A DNA stretch of 64,000 nucleotides from an uncultured Acidobacteriota bacterium. Its GTDB lineage: Bacteria; Acidobacteriota; Thermoanaerobaculia; UBA5066; Gp7-AA6. Under the pieces are notes generated by a model, which was given only the letters and a program-made list of their open reading frames with translations, made no database searches and was not told where the DNA came from. Each line of letters starts with the position of its first letter. Position 1 is the first letter of the stretch. A program made the translations under genes and the position numbers. The stretch is from NCBI GenBank assembly GCA_963764715.1, contig CAVXTP010000012.1:96747-160746 (forward strand), given 5' to 3'. This document shows, one piece after another, positions 28,478 to 39,398 of the stretch.

Positions 28478-30490
28478 CTACCCCATCGCGCGCCGCGCGA
28501 GCTCCAGCACGTCGAAGGGCTGGGTCGACACGGCGAGCTCGTCCTTGGCGTTGCCGATCATGACCATGCAGAAGGGGCAGGAGACGCCGACCGAGGAGGC
28601 CCCCGAGTCCGCGATCTCCCGCATCCGCTCCTGGTTGATGCGCGAGCCGAGCTTTTCCTCCATCCACATCCGGCCGCCGCCGGCGCCGCAGCAGAGGCCC
28701 TTCTCGCGCGAGCGCTCGAGCTCCTTCAGCTCGAGCCCGGGGATCGCGCGGAGGATCTCGCGCGGGGCCTCGTAGGCGCCGTTGTAGCGGCCGAGGTAGC
28801 AGGGGTCGTGGAACGTGACCGTCTCCGGGATCGCGGTCCCGAGCTTGACGCGGCCGGCCCGGATCAGGTCCGACACGAGCTGGGAGCCGTGGACGACCTC
28901 GTAGTGGCCGCCGAAGTCCCCGTACTCGTTCTTCAGGCAGTTCATGCAGTGGGGGCAGTTGGTGACGACCTTGCGGACCTTGTAGTTGTTGAGCGTCTCG
29001 ACGTTCTGCTGGGCGAGCATCTGGAAGAGGTACTCGTTGCCCATACGCCGCGCCGAGTCGCCGGTGCAGGTCTCCTCGTTGCCGAGGATCGCGAAGGACA
29101 CGCCGGCGGCGTCCAGGATCTCCACGAGCGCCTTCGACACCCGCTTCGCGCGGTCCTCGTAGGAGCCCGCGCAGCCGACCCAGAAGAGGACCTCGATCTC
29201 GCGCTCCCCGAGCTCCGCCATGCGTCGTGACCGGCAGGCCCTTCGCCCAGTCGGCGCGGGTCGCCGCGGAGATGTTCCAGGGATTGCCGTTGGTCTCCAT
29301 GCCGCGGAAGGCCGTCTGGATCTCCTTCGGGAACTCGGCCTTGTCGAGGACGAGGTGGCGGCGCATCTCGGTGATCTTGTCGACGGCCGGGATGATGAAG
29401 ACGGGGCAGGCCGTCGTGCAGAAGCCGCACATCGTGCAGGCCCAGATGGTGTCCTCGGAGATCCAGTCCCCGATCAGCTCGCGGCGCGCAAGGCCCCCCT
29501 CGCCCCGCCCCGACGACTCGGCGAGGATCGCCGGCGTCGCCTCGTAGACGGCGTCGCGCACCCGGCCGATGAAGATCTTGGGGTCGAGCGGTTTGCCCGT
29601 CAGGGCCGTCGGGCAGACGACGCGGCAGCGGCCGCACTCGGTGCACGTGTACCCGTCGAGCATCTGCTTCCACGTCAGGTCCTCGACGCGCGAGGCGCCG
29701 AAGCGCTCGGAATTCTCGAGGTCGACCGTCGCGAGCCGTCCCATCGGCTCGAGGTTCATGAAGAAGATGTTCGGGATCGCTGCGAGGATGTGGAAGTGCT
29801 TCGAGTACGGCAGGTAGTTGCCGAAGAAGAGCAGGTCGACGAGGTGGGTCCACCAGCACCATTCGTAGATCCCCTGGAGCGTCGCCGGGGCGGCGCCGGC
29901 GAGCGCCCCAGCGATCGCGGCCACCACCGGCGCCCACGGCGTCGCGTGGCCCGGAGCGAGAGCCGTGCGCGCGCCCTCCGCCACGAGATCGGTGACCATC
30001 AGGAAACCGATCAGGAACAGGATCAGCCAGGCGTCCCAGGTCAGGTCGAGGCGCTTCGGCCGCGCGAAGGCCCGCCGGAAGACGGCGAGCAGCACGCCGG
30101 CGAGCGTCAGCACCTCGAAGACGTCTTTGACGAGCGTGTAGGCGTTGCCCGCCGCGCCCGGGAGGAGCACGAACCCGGGGATCAGTCCCTCGACGACGAG
30201 GGCGAGCGAGCGGACGGTCAGGACGACGAAGCCCCCGAAGATGAGGATGTGGAAGAACCCCGCGTACGGGTCGCGGAACATCCGCCGCTGCGCGAAGGCG
30301 TATTCGAGGGTCTTCCCGATCCGCTCCGGGATGCGCGTGAACCGGTTGTCGGGCCGGCCCGCCATGAGCACCCGGATCCGCTTCGAGACACCGAGTAGAC
30401 GAAGAACGCGATCGCCGCGAGGACGAGAAGACCGAAAACCGTTCGGCCCGGAAGGCCGAGGACCAGCCGTTCGGTCGGGAGCGGCGGCAT
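28478..30490 (-). pseudogene. FadF/HdrD-like membrane Fe-S oxidoreductase (TM + 4Fe-4S + CCG domains) split by two frameshifts, possibly sequencing errors
   Basis: CTECGRC..CP, CTMCGFCTTACP, CTGD, TNCPHC, HDPCYLGR, CCGAGGG across three frames; breaks near 30390 and 29222. Confidence 0.85.
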
Positions 30491-30602
30491 GCGGCCGCGA
30501 GTTTAACCCGAGCGCCGGGCGACCCGCTCGAGGCGTCCAGCCTCCCCGATGACCTTCCCGAAGCTCGGCGCGCCGCCGAGTGCTACCCTCCTCCGACCAC
30601 AC

Positions 30603-32021
30603 ATGGCGCGTCACCGTCGCCCGCAGCTCCGGCCATGGTTCGCAACGTTCGCGGCGTTTGCCCTATTCGGAGCCGGCGCGCTCCGCGTTCTCGGCCGCCT
30701 GTCGGAGACGAGCCTCGAGTCGGACTCGGATCGAAACGCCAGTCGCTGGCCGGGGACCCAGGCCGAGGTGTCGATCGCGGCCGATCCCGCCAACCCGTCC
30801 GTGGTCCTCGCAGCGGCCATGAACCTGTCCGACGGCCGTCTCCTCGCCATGTCCTCCCGGGACGCCGGCGAGACGTGGACGCGCGTTCCCGTTCCCCTCG
30901 GCGAAGGGTCGAGCCTCGACAACGACCCCATGGTGGCCTTCGACAGCCGCGGCGCGGCCTATCTTGCGCGGATACCCGCCGGGCCCGGCGGGACGGGTGT
31001 CGACATCGTGCGCTCTCCCGACGGCGGCCAAACCTGGCAGCCTGCGGTCCGCATCGCGGAGCTCGCCCAGAACGACAAGGTCGCGCTCGCCGTGGACGAC
31101 GACCCGGACAGCCCGTATCGCGACCGCGTCTACGTCGCCTGGAAGTTTCCTCGGGGCGGCGTCTTCATCTCGCGCTCGCTCGACTCGGGGCAGACATTCA
31201 CGCCGCCCCGGCTCGTCGAGCAGGCCGTCGTGACCGGACTCGACCTCGCGGTCTCGGCCGACGGCCTTGTCTATCTCGCGTTCCACGACAACCCGCGGCG
31301 CTCGATCCGCGTGATGCGATCCCGGGACGGCGGCGAGACCTTCGAGCCGTCGGTCGGGGCGGCGCCGGTGCGCGCCGGCTGGTACCTCGTTCCGCCCTCG
31401 CACTGCATCCGCCCGGCCATCGTTCACGCATCGGTCTCCGTCGACCGCTCGACGGGCCCGCGGCGCGGCGGCGTTTACCTCGCCTGGGCGGACTACCTTC
31501 CCGGCGTCGCACGCGAGCAGTGTCCCGACGCTTGCGGCGCTCCCGGGATCTGCGTCCCCGACGTGTATTTCAGCCGGTCCGACGACGACGGCCTCACCTG
31601 GTCCGAGCCGGCGCTCGTCGACGGCGAGCGGACCGGCGAGGTCGACCGCTACCACCAGTGGATCCGGGTCGATCGATCGAGCGGCGCCGTCTCCGTGGCT
31701 TACAAGGACTCGCGCAACGATCCCACGCGCGCCGGGGCGGACGTCTACCTGAGCCGTTCATTCGACGGGGGCGCGACGTGGGAGCCGGCGGTGCGCCTCT
31801 CGAGCGCCACGAGCCGCGCGAACACGCTCATCCAGTTCGGCGACTACCAGGGCGTGGCGTCGGAAGGCGGCAGCACCTACGCCGCCTGGACGGACTATCG
31901 CGACAACCCGCTCGAGGGCGAGATCTACGTCCGCCGCGTCGCCGCTCCCGTCGCCCCCGCCGACCGCGGCGAGGTCACGCGCGTCGGCCGCGACCGCCCC
32001 CCACCCCGCATCCGCCCCTGA
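30603..32021 (+). CDS. Secreted sialidase-like BNR/Asp-box repeat protein
   Basis: Six S.D.G.TW/F Asp boxes; FGDY near the C-terminus. Confidence 0.85.
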   Translation: MARHRRPQLRPWFATFAAFALFGAGALRVLGRLSETSLESDSDRNASRWPGTQAEVSIAADPANPSVVLAAAMNLSDGRLLAMSSRDAGETWTRVPVPLGEGSSLDNDPMVAFDSRGAAYLARIPAGPGGTGVDIVRSPDGGQTWQPAVRIAELAQNDKVALAVDDDPDSPYRDRVYVAWKFPRGGVFISRSLDSGQTFTPPRLVEQAVVTGLDLAVSADGLVYLAFHDNPRRSIRVMRSRDGGETFEPSVGAAPVRAGWYLVPPSHCIRPAIVHASVSVDRSTGPRRGGVYLAWADYLPGVAREQCPDACGAPGICVPDVYFSRSDDDGLTWSEPALVDGERTGEVDRYHQWIRVDRSSGAVSVAYKDSRNDPTRAGADVYLSRSFDGGATWEPAVRLSSATSRANTLIQFGDYQGVASEGGSTYAAWTDYRDNPLEGEIYVRRVAAPVAPADRGEVTRVGRDRPPPRIRP

Positions 32022-32049
32022 CAACTCTTCGGCCATGTTGCCGGTTACG

Positions 32050-32195
32050 TTCGCAGCGCGAGGAGTCTCCCGAAGGGAGGAGCCTCGCGCTGCGGGAGCG
32101 AGAGCGAGCGAGGGATCAGGCGAGCGGTCGAGCCCTCGGCGAGCCGCTCGCCGGTGCGCCCAAAGGGCGCAGATCCCGAGCGAGCGAAAGCGACG
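32050..32195. other. Multi-hairpin structured intergenic element
   Basis: GCAGCGCGAGG/CCTCGCGCTGC stem, then GGGATC/GATCCC enclosing GGCGAGCGG/CCGCTCGCC and TGCGCCC/GGGCGCA stems. Confidence 0.55.
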
Positions 32196-32196
32196 A

Positions 32197-33162
32197 TTAC
32201 TCGGCCTTCGCCGCCCGGACCGCTTTCGCGAACTCGGGGACGATCTGGAAGAGGTCCCCGACGACCCCGTAGGTCGCGACCTTGAAGATCGGCGCCTCGG
32301 CGTCCTTGTTGATCGCGACGATGACCTTGGAGGTCCCCATGCCGGCGAGGTGCTGGATGGCTCCGGAGATGCCGATGGCGACGTAGAGGGTCGGCGAGAC
32401 GACCTTGCCGGTCTGCCCCACCTGGTACTGGTGGTCGATCCAGCCGGCGTCGACGACCGCGCGGGACGCGCCAAGCGCCGCGTGGAGCGCCTGCTGGAGG
32501 TCCCGGATGACCGGCCAATTCTCGGGGCCCTTGATGCCCCGGCCGCCGGAGACGATGACGTCGGCCTCGGAGACGTCGAGCTCCTTCGACTCGGAGGCCT
32601 CGATGCGGACGACGCGGGCCCGGGGCGCGATCTCGCCGAGCTCGAGAGTCTCGACCTTCGGCTCCGGCGCGTCCGCCGTCTCGGCCGGGAAGACGTTCGG
32701 CCGGGTCGTCGCGATCTGCAGCTTCGCGGCGCCGCAGTCGACCTCGGCTCGGGCCTTTCCGGAGTACACGGGACGGGAGCCGATCAGCCGTTCGCCCTCG
32801 ATCCGCAGGTCCATGACGTCGGCCATGACCGAGACGTCGTGGCGGGCGGCGTAGCGCGGGGCGAGGTCCTTGCCCATCGAGGTCGCGGCGATGAGGACGG
32901 CGTCGGGAGAGACGGCTTTCGTCGCCGCGTCGAGCGCGCCGACGTAGCCCTTGTTGGAGTAGAGCGCGAGCTCCGCGCGATCGGCGACGTACACCGTCCC
33001 CGCGCCGTGCTTGCCGAGGTCCTTCGCCAGAGCGGTCACGCCCTGGCCGGCGATGACGGCCGCCGCCGGGCCTCCGCCGAGCTTGCGGGCCAGGGCCAGG
33101 GCCTCGAGGGACGCCTTGCGGATCTTGCCTTCGCGCTGCTCGATGAAAACGAGGAATTTCAT
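32197..33162 (-). CDS. etfA: Electron transfer flavoprotein alpha subunit
   Basis: [30 protein letters not shown]. Confidence 0.97.
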   Translation of the reverse strand: MKFLVFIEQREGKIRKASLEALALARKLGGGPAAAVIAGQGVTALAKDLGKHGAGTVYVADRAELALYSNKGYVGALDAATKAVSPDAVLIAATSMGKDLAPRYAARHDVSVMADVMDLRIEGERLIGSRPVYSGKARAEVDCGAAKLQIATTRPNVFPAETADAPEPKVETLELGEIAPRARVVRIEASESKELDVSEADVIVSGGRGIKGPENWPVIRDLQQALHAALGASRAVVDAGWIDHQYQVGQTGKVVSPTLYVAIGISGAIQHLAGMGTSKVIVAINKDAEAPIFKVATYGVVGDLFQIVPEFAKAVRAAKAE

Positions 33163-33190
33163 GTCCTGCCTGTTCTGCTCGCGGCTCCTC

Positions 33191-33267
33191 GGGCGGCCGC
33201 AAGGGCCGCCCCTACGCCCCGAGGCCCGGAGGCCCCCCGGTCGTAGGGGCGGGGCTTGCCCCCGCCC
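33191..33267. repeat. GTAG-type REP doublet
   Basis: GGGCGGCCGCAAGGGCCGCCCCTAC ... GTAGGGGCGGGGCTTGCCCCCGCCC. Confidence 0.8.
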
Positions 33268-33282
33268 CGTTCGCCGGAACGA

Positions 33283-34068
33283 CTAAATCACTTTCGCCTC
33301 TTCGCGCAGCAGTCGCGCGAGCTCCTTGCCGGCGGCCGACGGATCGTCGCCGGGCACGAGCTTGACGGCCTGCCGCGCGGGCGGCAGCTCGAGCTTCCTC
33401 CAGCGCATCCTGGCCTGCGCCGGGTCGGCTTCGGGCACGCCGAGCTCGGCGAGCTTCTTCTCGGTGATCGTCTTCTTCTTCGCCGCCATGATGCCCTTGA
33501 GCGACGCGTAGCGCGGCTCATTCAGGCCCTTCTGGGCGGTCAGCACGACCGGCAGCGGACACTCGACGACCTCGTGAGCGCCTTCGATCTCCCGGTGGGC
33601 GGTGATCTTCCCGTCGCCGACCTCGAGCTTGACGATGCTCGCCACGTGGGGAACTCCCGCGAGCTCGGCGAACATCGGGCCGACGAGCCCTTCGTCCGGG
33701 CCCACGGCCTTCTGGCCGAACCACATGAAATCCCAGGAGCCGCCCTTCGCCACCGCGGCGAGCGCCTTGGCCGTCCCGAGCGCGTCGAGCGACGGGACGC
33801 CCGTCGAGTCGATCCAGATCGCCTCGTCGGCGCCGCGGGCGAGACACTCGCGCAGGCCCGTCTTCGCCCGCTCGGGGCCGACGGAGACGACGGTCACGGC
33901 GCCCGCGCCCTTGGTCTCCTTGATCTTCAAGGCCTCTTCGAGCGCGTACTCGTCGTACGGCGAGACGATGAACTTGACGTCCGCCTCGTCGATCGACTTT
34001 CCGTCGGCGCCGATCTTGATCTTCGTCTCGGTATCGGGAACGTAAGCGATGCAGACCAGAGAGTTCAT
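33283..34068 (-). CDS. etfB: Electron transfer flavoprotein beta subunit
   Basis: VPDT, PYDEYALEEAL, NEPRYASLKGIMAAKKK. Confidence 0.97.
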   Translation of the reverse strand: MNSLVCIAYVPDTETKIKIGADGKSIDEADVKFIVSPYDEYALEEALKIKETKGAGAVTVVSVGPERAKTGLRECLARGADEAIWIDSTGVPSLDALGTAKALAAVAKGGSWDFMWFGQKAVGPDEGLVGPMFAELAGVPHVASIVKLEVGDGKITAHREIEGAHEVVECPLPVVLTAQKGLNEPRYASLKGIMAAKKKTITEKKLAELGVPEADPAQARMRWRKLELPPARQAVKLVPGDDPSAAGKELARLLREEAKVI

Positions 34069-34075
34069 GGGATGC

Positions 34076-35335
34076 CTAGTCCATCCTCTTCAGGATCAGG
34101 CAGCCGTTGGTGCCGCCGAAGCCGAAGGAATTCGAAAGAACGTACTCGAGCTTCGCCTCGCGCGCCGTGTTCGGCACGTAGTCGAGGTCGCACTCCGGGT
34201 CCGGGGTCGTGTAGTTGATCGTGGGCGGGATCACGCCGTGGAAGACGGCGAGGGCGCAGATGGCCGTCTCGAGCCCGCCGGCCGCGCCGAGGAGGTGCCC
34301 CGTCATCGACTTGGTCGAGGAGACGGCGAGCTTCCGGGCGTGCTCCCCGAAGACCGTCTTGATCGCCAGGGTCTCGGCCTTGTCGCCGAGCGGCGTCGAG
34401 GTTCCGTGGGCGTTGATGTAGTCGATCCGGTCGGCGTCGATTCCGGCGTCGGCGAGGCAGTTGCGCATGACGCGGGCGGGGCCGTCGCCGTCTTCGGACG
34501 GCGCCGCGATGTGGTACGCGTCGCCCGACATGCCGTAGCCCGCGAGCTCGGCGTATATCCGCGCGCCGCGCTTCCTGGCGGCCTCGAGCTCCTCCATCAC
34601 GATCAGCCCCGCGCCTTCGGCGATGACGAAACCGTCCCGGTCCTTGTCCCAGGGACGCGAGGCATGGAGCGGGTCGTCGTTGCGCGTCGAGAGCGCCTTC
34701 ATGACCGAAAATCCGCCGACCGCGAGCGGCGTGATCACGGATTCCGTGCCGCCGGCGATCGCGGCGTCGGCCTCGCCGTGCTGGATCATCCGGTACGCCT
34801 CGCCGATCGCGTGCGCGCCCGTCGTGCAGGCCGTCGCCGTCGTGAGGTTCGGGCCCTTCAGGCCGTACTTGATCGAGATGTTCCCGGCCGCCTCGTTGAC
34901 GATCAGGCCGGTGATGAAGAACGGCGAGATGACTCGCGGATTCCCGCCGCCCTCCACGTACCGCCTCTGGGTGTCCTCGATGAGCGGCAGGCCGCCGATC
35001 CCGGAGCCCACCACGACCGCGAACCGCTCGCGGTTGGCGTCGGTCGCCGGATGGCCCGCGTCCTCCATCGCGAAGTGGGCCGCCCCCATCGCGTAGTGGA
35101 TGAAGGTGTCCATCTTCTTGATCTCTTTACGGTCGATGTACAGCGACGGATCGAAGCCCTTGACCTCCCCGGCGATCCGGGAGGCGAAGCGGGAAGCGTC
35201 GAAGCGGGTGATGGGACCGAGCCCGCAGCGTCCGGCGGTCAGCGCGTCCCAGTTTTGCGCGTTACCGATGGCGAGCGGCGAGACCAGGCCCACCCCCGTC
35301 ACGGCCACGCGGCGCGGGGTGGAAATTCGGGGCAT
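34076..35335 (-). CDS. fabF: 3-oxoacyl-ACP synthase II
   Basis: [34 protein letters not shown]. Confidence 0.97.
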   Translation of the reverse strand: MPRISTPRRVAVTGVGLVSPLAIGNAQNWDALTAGRCGLGPITRFDASRFASRIAGEVKGFDPSLYIDRKEIKKMDTFIHYAMGAAHFAMEDAGHPATDANRERFAVVVGSGIGGLPLIEDTQRRYVEGGGNPRVISPFFITGLIVNEAAGNISIKYGLKGPNLTTATACTTGAHAIGEAYRMIQHGEADAAIAGGTESVITPLAVGGFSVMKALSTRNDDPLHASRPWDKDRDGFVIAEGAGLIVMEELEAARKRGARIYAELAGYGMSGDAYHIAAPSEDGDGPARVMRNCLADAGIDADRIDYINAHGTSTPLGDKAETLAIKTVFGEHARKLAVSSTKSMTGHLLGAAGGLETAICALAVFHGVIPPTINYTTPDPECDLDYVPNTAREAKLEYVLSNSFGFGGTNGCLILKRMD

Positions 35336-35340
35336 CAGGT

Positions 35341-35580
35341 TCAGTTTTTCGAGGAGTTCTTCTCGATGTAATCGATGGCGTCCTTGACCTTCTGGATTTT
35401 CTCGGCGGCCTCGTCCGGAATCTCGATGTTGAAGGCTTCCTCGAAGGCCATGACGAGCTCCACGGTGTCGAGCGAGTCCGCGCCGAGGTCATCGACGAAA
35501 GACGCCTCCGGAGTCACCTCGTTGGCGTCCACGCCGAGCTGCTCGACGATGATGCTCTTCACCTTTTCTTCGACGGCCAT
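35341..35580 (-). CDS. acpP: Acyl carrier protein
   Basis: [14 protein letters not shown]. Confidence 0.98.
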   Translation of the reverse strand: MAVEEKVKSIIVEQLGVDANEVTPEASFVDDLGADSLDTVELVMAFEEAFNIEIPDEAAEKIQKVKDAIDYIEKNSSKN

Positions 35581-35659
35581 TCCTCTCCCCTTTCTCGAAT
35601 CGGCAGGTATCGAAAGACGCCGTATTCTTCCCTAGATGCCCCCCCGGGGCAAGGGATCA

Positions 35660-35741
35660 GGAGGCCGGCGGCGGGAAGCAGGAAGCAGGCGGTTTACGGG
35701 CTCGTTTCACCGGCCTCCTGCGGCCTGCCTCCTGCCTCCTA
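35660..35741. repeat. Inverted heptamer tandem repeats
   Basis: (GGAAGCA/GGCGGCG)n followed by (CCTCCTG)n. Confidence 0.65.
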
Positions 35742-36482
35742 CATATACAGCCCCCCGCTGACGTTGACGACCGTCCCGGTCACGTAGGACGCCTCGTCCG
35801 AGGCGAGATACGCCACGGCCGCCGCGACGTCCTCGGGCGTTCCGAGCCGTTCGAGCGGAATCTGGGCCGTCATCTTCGCCTTCGCGTCGTCGGTCATGCG
35901 GTCGGTCATCGCCGTGGCGACGAAGCCCGGCGCGACTGCGTTGCAGGTGATGTTGCGGGAGGCGAGCTCGCGGGCCACGGACTTCGTCAGGCCGACGAGA
36001 CCGGCCTTGGACGCGGCGTAGTTGGCCTGTCCGGCGTTGCCCATCAGGCCGACGACCGACGTCACGTTCACGATCCGCCCGTAGCGCTTGCGGACCATGC
36101 CCTTCACGACCGCCTGCGTCAGCAGGAAGACGCCGGTCAGGTTGGTCGCGAGGACGCGGTCCCAGGCCTCGCGGCCCATGCGCAGGATGAGGTTGTCCTC
36201 CGTGACCCCGGCGTTGTTGACGAGAACGTGGATCTCCCCATGCGCCGCGAGCGCGCCCTTGACCGCGGCCTCGATCGAGGCCGGATCGGCGAGGTCGAGC
36301 GCGAGGGCCGAGGCCCGGCCGCCCGCCGCCTCGATCTCCGACACCACGCGGGCCAGGGCATCGGCCGACCGCGCCGCCGCCAGGACCGTCGCGCCCTCGG
36401 AGGCGAGGCGCTTCGCGATGGCCTCGCCGATTCCGCGCGAGGCGCCGGTCACGAAGGCGATCTTTCCGGTGAAGCGGGTCAT
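35739..36482 (-). CDS. fabG: 3-oxoacyl-ACP reductase
   Basis: TGASRGIG, NNAG, YAASK; in the fab cluster. Confidence 0.96.
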   Translation of the reverse strand: MTRFTGKIAFVTGASRGIGEAIAKRLASEGATVLAAARSADALARVVSEIEAAGGRASALALDLADPASIEAAVKGALAAHGEIHVLVNNAGVTEDNLILRMGREAWDRVLATNLTGVFLLTQAVVKGMVRKRYGRIVNVTSVVGLMGNAGQANYAASKAGLVGLTKSVARELASRNITCNAVAPGFVATAMTDRMTDDAKAKMTAQIPLERLGTPEDVAAAVAYLASDEASYVTGTVVNVSGGLYM

Positions 36483-36539
36483 GCCGGGCGGAGCTTACCT
36501 TGGTCGTGGTCGTGCCAGCGGGGCTCGAGGCCGCCTTGA

Positions 36540-36564
36540 GGGCGGGGACAAGCCCCGCCGCTAC
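36540..36564. repeat. GTAG-type REP, single copy
   Basis: GGGCGGGGACAAGCCCCGCCGCTAC overlapping a stop codon. Confidence 0.7.
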
Positions 36565-37499
36565 TCTGGTTTCTCCGTAATTTCCGGCAAGTCCCGGCTC
36601 CAGCCGTCGACGATGGTCCGGGACAGGTCGGCGATCGCGAGCACGGACGGGTGGTCCGGTCCCCAGCCTTCGGCCTTGCTGCCGTCGGTGAGGACGACGA
36701 GAACGAACCGGCCCTTCTTCGTCCGCAGGATCCCGGAGTCGTTGCGGACCCCGGACATCGAGCCGGTCTTCCCGGCCCAGAGATCGCTGGGCGGGAACCG
36801 GCGCGCGATCCGCAGCCGGCTCGGGTCGGTGTCGAGATAGTCGAACATCCGCTTCGAGGTCGCGGGGTCGAGGAGGCGTCCCGTCGCCACGAGCTCCATC
36901 CACCGCGCAACCTCGTCGGGCGTGAGGGTCCCGAGCCGGAATCCCTTCCAGCGCGAGGGCACCGCGTCCTTGTCCGACAGCCAGGGGATCGTGCCGAAGA
37001 GCCGGATGTGCTCGAAGCCGAGGGACCCCATCCGCGCGTTGATCGCCACGACGGACAGGCGCGTGATCCAGGCGTTGGTCGCGGTGTTGTCGGACGGACC
37101 GATCATCAGGGTCGTCAGGTCGTTCCAGGTCGGGTTCAGGCCGGCGTCGAGCATGAAGAGCGTGCCCGAACCGTCGGCCTTGTTCTGCGCCGTCAGCTCC
37201 CAGCGCTCGGCCAGGTCGATCGTCCCGTCCCGGACCCCGGCCATCGCCTCGGTCAGGACGGCGATCTTGATGACCGACGCCGACTCGAATTCCGCCGCCC
37301 CGTTGTGGGAGTACGTGCGGCCGCTCTCCAGGTGCTTCGCCGAGACCCCGACGCGGCACTGGCAGCGGCCCTCGGCCGTCGCAACGGCGGCGTCGAAGGC
37401 GGCCGGCGTGCCGGGCCCGGTCGGACGCGAGGTCGCGCAGCCGGCGCCGAGCGCGGCGACCGCCGCGAGCGCGAGGAGCAGGGCGCGGGGCCTACGCAT
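36561..37499 (-). CDS. Class A beta-lactamase-like serine hydrolase lipoprotein
   Basis: Lipobox GAGC; SVIK (SxxK), SDN and KTG motifs. Confidence 0.88.
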   Translation of the reverse strand: MRRPRALLLALAAVAALGAGCATSRPTGPGTPAAFDAAVATAEGRCQCRVGVSAKHLESGRTYSHNGAAEFESASVIKIAVLTEAMAGVRDGTIDLAERWELTAQNKADGSGTLFMLDAGLNPTWNDLTTLMIGPSDNTATNAWITRLSVVAINARMGSLGFEHIRLFGTIPWLSDKDAVPSRWKGFRLGTLTPDEVARWMELVATGRLLDPATSKRMFDYLDTDPSRLRIARRFPPSDLWAGKTGSMSGVRNDSGILRTKKGRFVLVVLTDGSKAEGWGPDHPSVLAIADLSRTIVDGWSRDLPEITEKPE

Positions 37500-38394
37500 G
37501 GCCCTCGACCTTGATCGAGCGGTCGATGCGGCGCACGAGGCCGGCGAGCACGTTGCCCGGCCCGATCTCGAGGGCGTGGTCGACGCCCTCGCGCGCCAGG
37601 CGCTGCACGCTCTCGACCCAGCGCACGGGAGAGTCGACCTGGCGCACCAGCGCGTCGCGAAGCCTCGCGCCGTCCGACTCCGGAGACGCATCGACGTTGG
37701 TCACGACCGGCGTGGCCGCGGGAGAGAACGTCGTGCGCTCGAGGAGCGGCCGCATCCTCTCGCGCGCGGGCGACATGAGCGGCGAATGGAACGGCGCCGA
37801 GACCGCGAGCGCGATCGCCCGCTTCGCTCCCCGCGCGAGGCAGGCCTGCGACGCCCGTTCGACGGCGGCGGCGTCCCCCGCGATGACGGTCTGCTCCGGC
37901 GAGTTGTAGTTGGCCGGCGCGACGGTCTCGCCCTGCGCCGCTTCGCGGCACGCGGCCTCGACGCCCGCGGGGTCGAGGCCGACGATCGCCGCCATCGCCC
38001 CGACGCCGGCCGGCACGGCCTCCTGCATGAACTGCCCGCGCGCGCGCACGAGGGCGACGGCGTCGGCGAAGGCGAGCGCGCCGGCCGCCACGTTGGCCGA
38101 GTATTCGCCGAGCGAGTGGCCGGCCGCGAAGGCGGCGCCCTCGAGCTTCTCGGGCGAGCGGGCGCGCAGGTCCGCGAGCGCGGCGATCGAGTGGGTCAGG
38201 ATCGCGGGCTGCGTGTTGGCCGTCAGCCGCAGCTCCTCCTCGGGGCCCTCGAAGCAGAGCCGCGAGAGCGGGAACCCGAGGACGCGGTCGGCCTCGTCGA
38301 ACACGGCGCGCGCCGCCGGCGACGCCTCGCACAGCGCCTTTCCCATGCCCACGGCCTGGGAGCCCTGACCGGGGAAGAGCAGCGCGAGCGTCAT
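37492..38394 (-). CDS. fabD: Malonyl-CoA:ACP transacylase
   Basis: FPGQGSQ, GHSLGEY, SAPFHS. Confidence 0.97.
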   Translation of the reverse strand: MTLALLFPGQGSQAVGMGKALCEASPAARAVFDEADRVLGFPLSRLCFEGPEEELRLTANTQPAILTHSIAALADLRARSPEKLEGAAFAAGHSLGEYSANVAAGALAFADAVALVRARGQFMQEAVPAGVGAMAAIVGLDPAGVEAACREAAQGETVAPANYNSPEQTVIAGDAAAVERASQACLARGAKRAIALAVSAPFHSPLMSPARERMRPLLERTTFSPAATPVVTNVDASPESDGARLRDALVRQVDSPVRWVESVQRLAREGVDHALEIGPGNVLAGLVRRIDRSIKVEGHA

Positions 38395-38410
38395 CGCGGT
38401 CGAGCGGCCT

Positions 38411-39394
38411 CTACCAGCGCACGAGGACCGAGCCCCAGACGAGGCCGGCGCCGAAGGCCGTCATCAGGACGAGGTCGCCCGTCTTGATGCGGCCCTCGCG
38501 GACGCACTCCTCGAGCGCGATGGGGATCGAGGCCGCGGAGGTGTTGCCGTAGCGGTCGATGTTCTTGTAGACCTTCTTCGGCTCGATCTTCATGCGCTCG
38601 CCGACGGCGTCGATGATGCGCAGGTTCGCCTGGTGCGGGATGAAGAGGTCGATGTCCTCGTGCGTGAAGCCCTGCTCGGTCAGGAGCTCCTGCGTCACGT
38701 CGGTCATCGCCTTGACCGCGACCTTGAAGGTCTCGTTGCCCTTCATCTTGATGAACGGCAGCTTCTGCTCGATCGATTTCGGATCGTTGGCGGGATGGTC
38801 CGAGCCGCCTCCCGGCATGCAGATGAAGTCGTGGTACGCGCCGTTCGACTTCATCAGGCTGCCGAGGATGCCGTGGTCGCCCTTCGTCGGCTGCAGGACC
38901 ACGGCCCCGGCCCCGTCGCCGAAGAGAACGCACGTGTTGCGGTCGGTCCAGTCGACGTAACGCGAGAGGATCTCGCCGCCGATCACGAGGACGTTGCCGG
39001 CCTTGCCGGACTGGATGAGGCCGTCGGCCATGTGGAGGGCGTAGAGGAACCCGACGCAGGCCGCGCCGACGTCGGAGGCCGCCGCGCGGGTGGCCCCGAG
39101 GTTGCGCTGCACGAGGCAGGAGGTCGCCGGGAAGGGCATGTCGCCGGAGATCGTCCCGACGAGGATCATGTCGAGCTCCTCGGGCTTCAGGTGGGCGCGC
39201 TTCAGGGCCTGCTCGGCGGCGCGGGTGCAGAAGTCCGAGAAGTGGTCGGTGTCCGCGGCGATGTGCCGCTCCTGGATGCCGGTGCGGGAGGTGATCCACT
39301 CGTCGGAGGTCTCGACGAGCTTCTCGAGGTCGGCGTTGGAGAGGATCTTCTTCGGGACGAAGGAGCCCGTGCCCGCGATGCGCGCCCGACTCAT
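38411..39394 (-). CDS. fabH: 3-oxoacyl-ACP synthase III
   Basis: AACVGF, PHQAN, GNTSAAS. Confidence 0.97.
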   Translation of the reverse strand: MSRARIAGTGSFVPKKILSNADLEKLVETSDEWITSRTGIQERHIAADTDHFSDFCTRAAEQALKRAHLKPEELDMILVGTISGDMPFPATSCLVQRNLGATRAAASDVGAACVGFLYALHMADGLIQSGKAGNVLVIGGEILSRYVDWTDRNTCVLFGDGAGAVVLQPTKGDHGILGSLMKSNGAYHDFICMPGGGSDHPANDPKSIEQKLPFIKMKGNETFKVAVKAMTDVTQELLTEQGFTHEDIDLFIPHQANLRIIDAVGERMKIEPKKVYKNIDRYGNTSAASIPIALEECVREGRIKTGDLVLMTAFGAGLVWGSVLVRW

Positions 39395-39398
39395 GCGC

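Noticed and set aside
29200-30400. Programmed ribosomal frameshifting
   Set aside because: No slippery heptamer at either break; the indels look like a dinucleotide duplication and a single-base insertion
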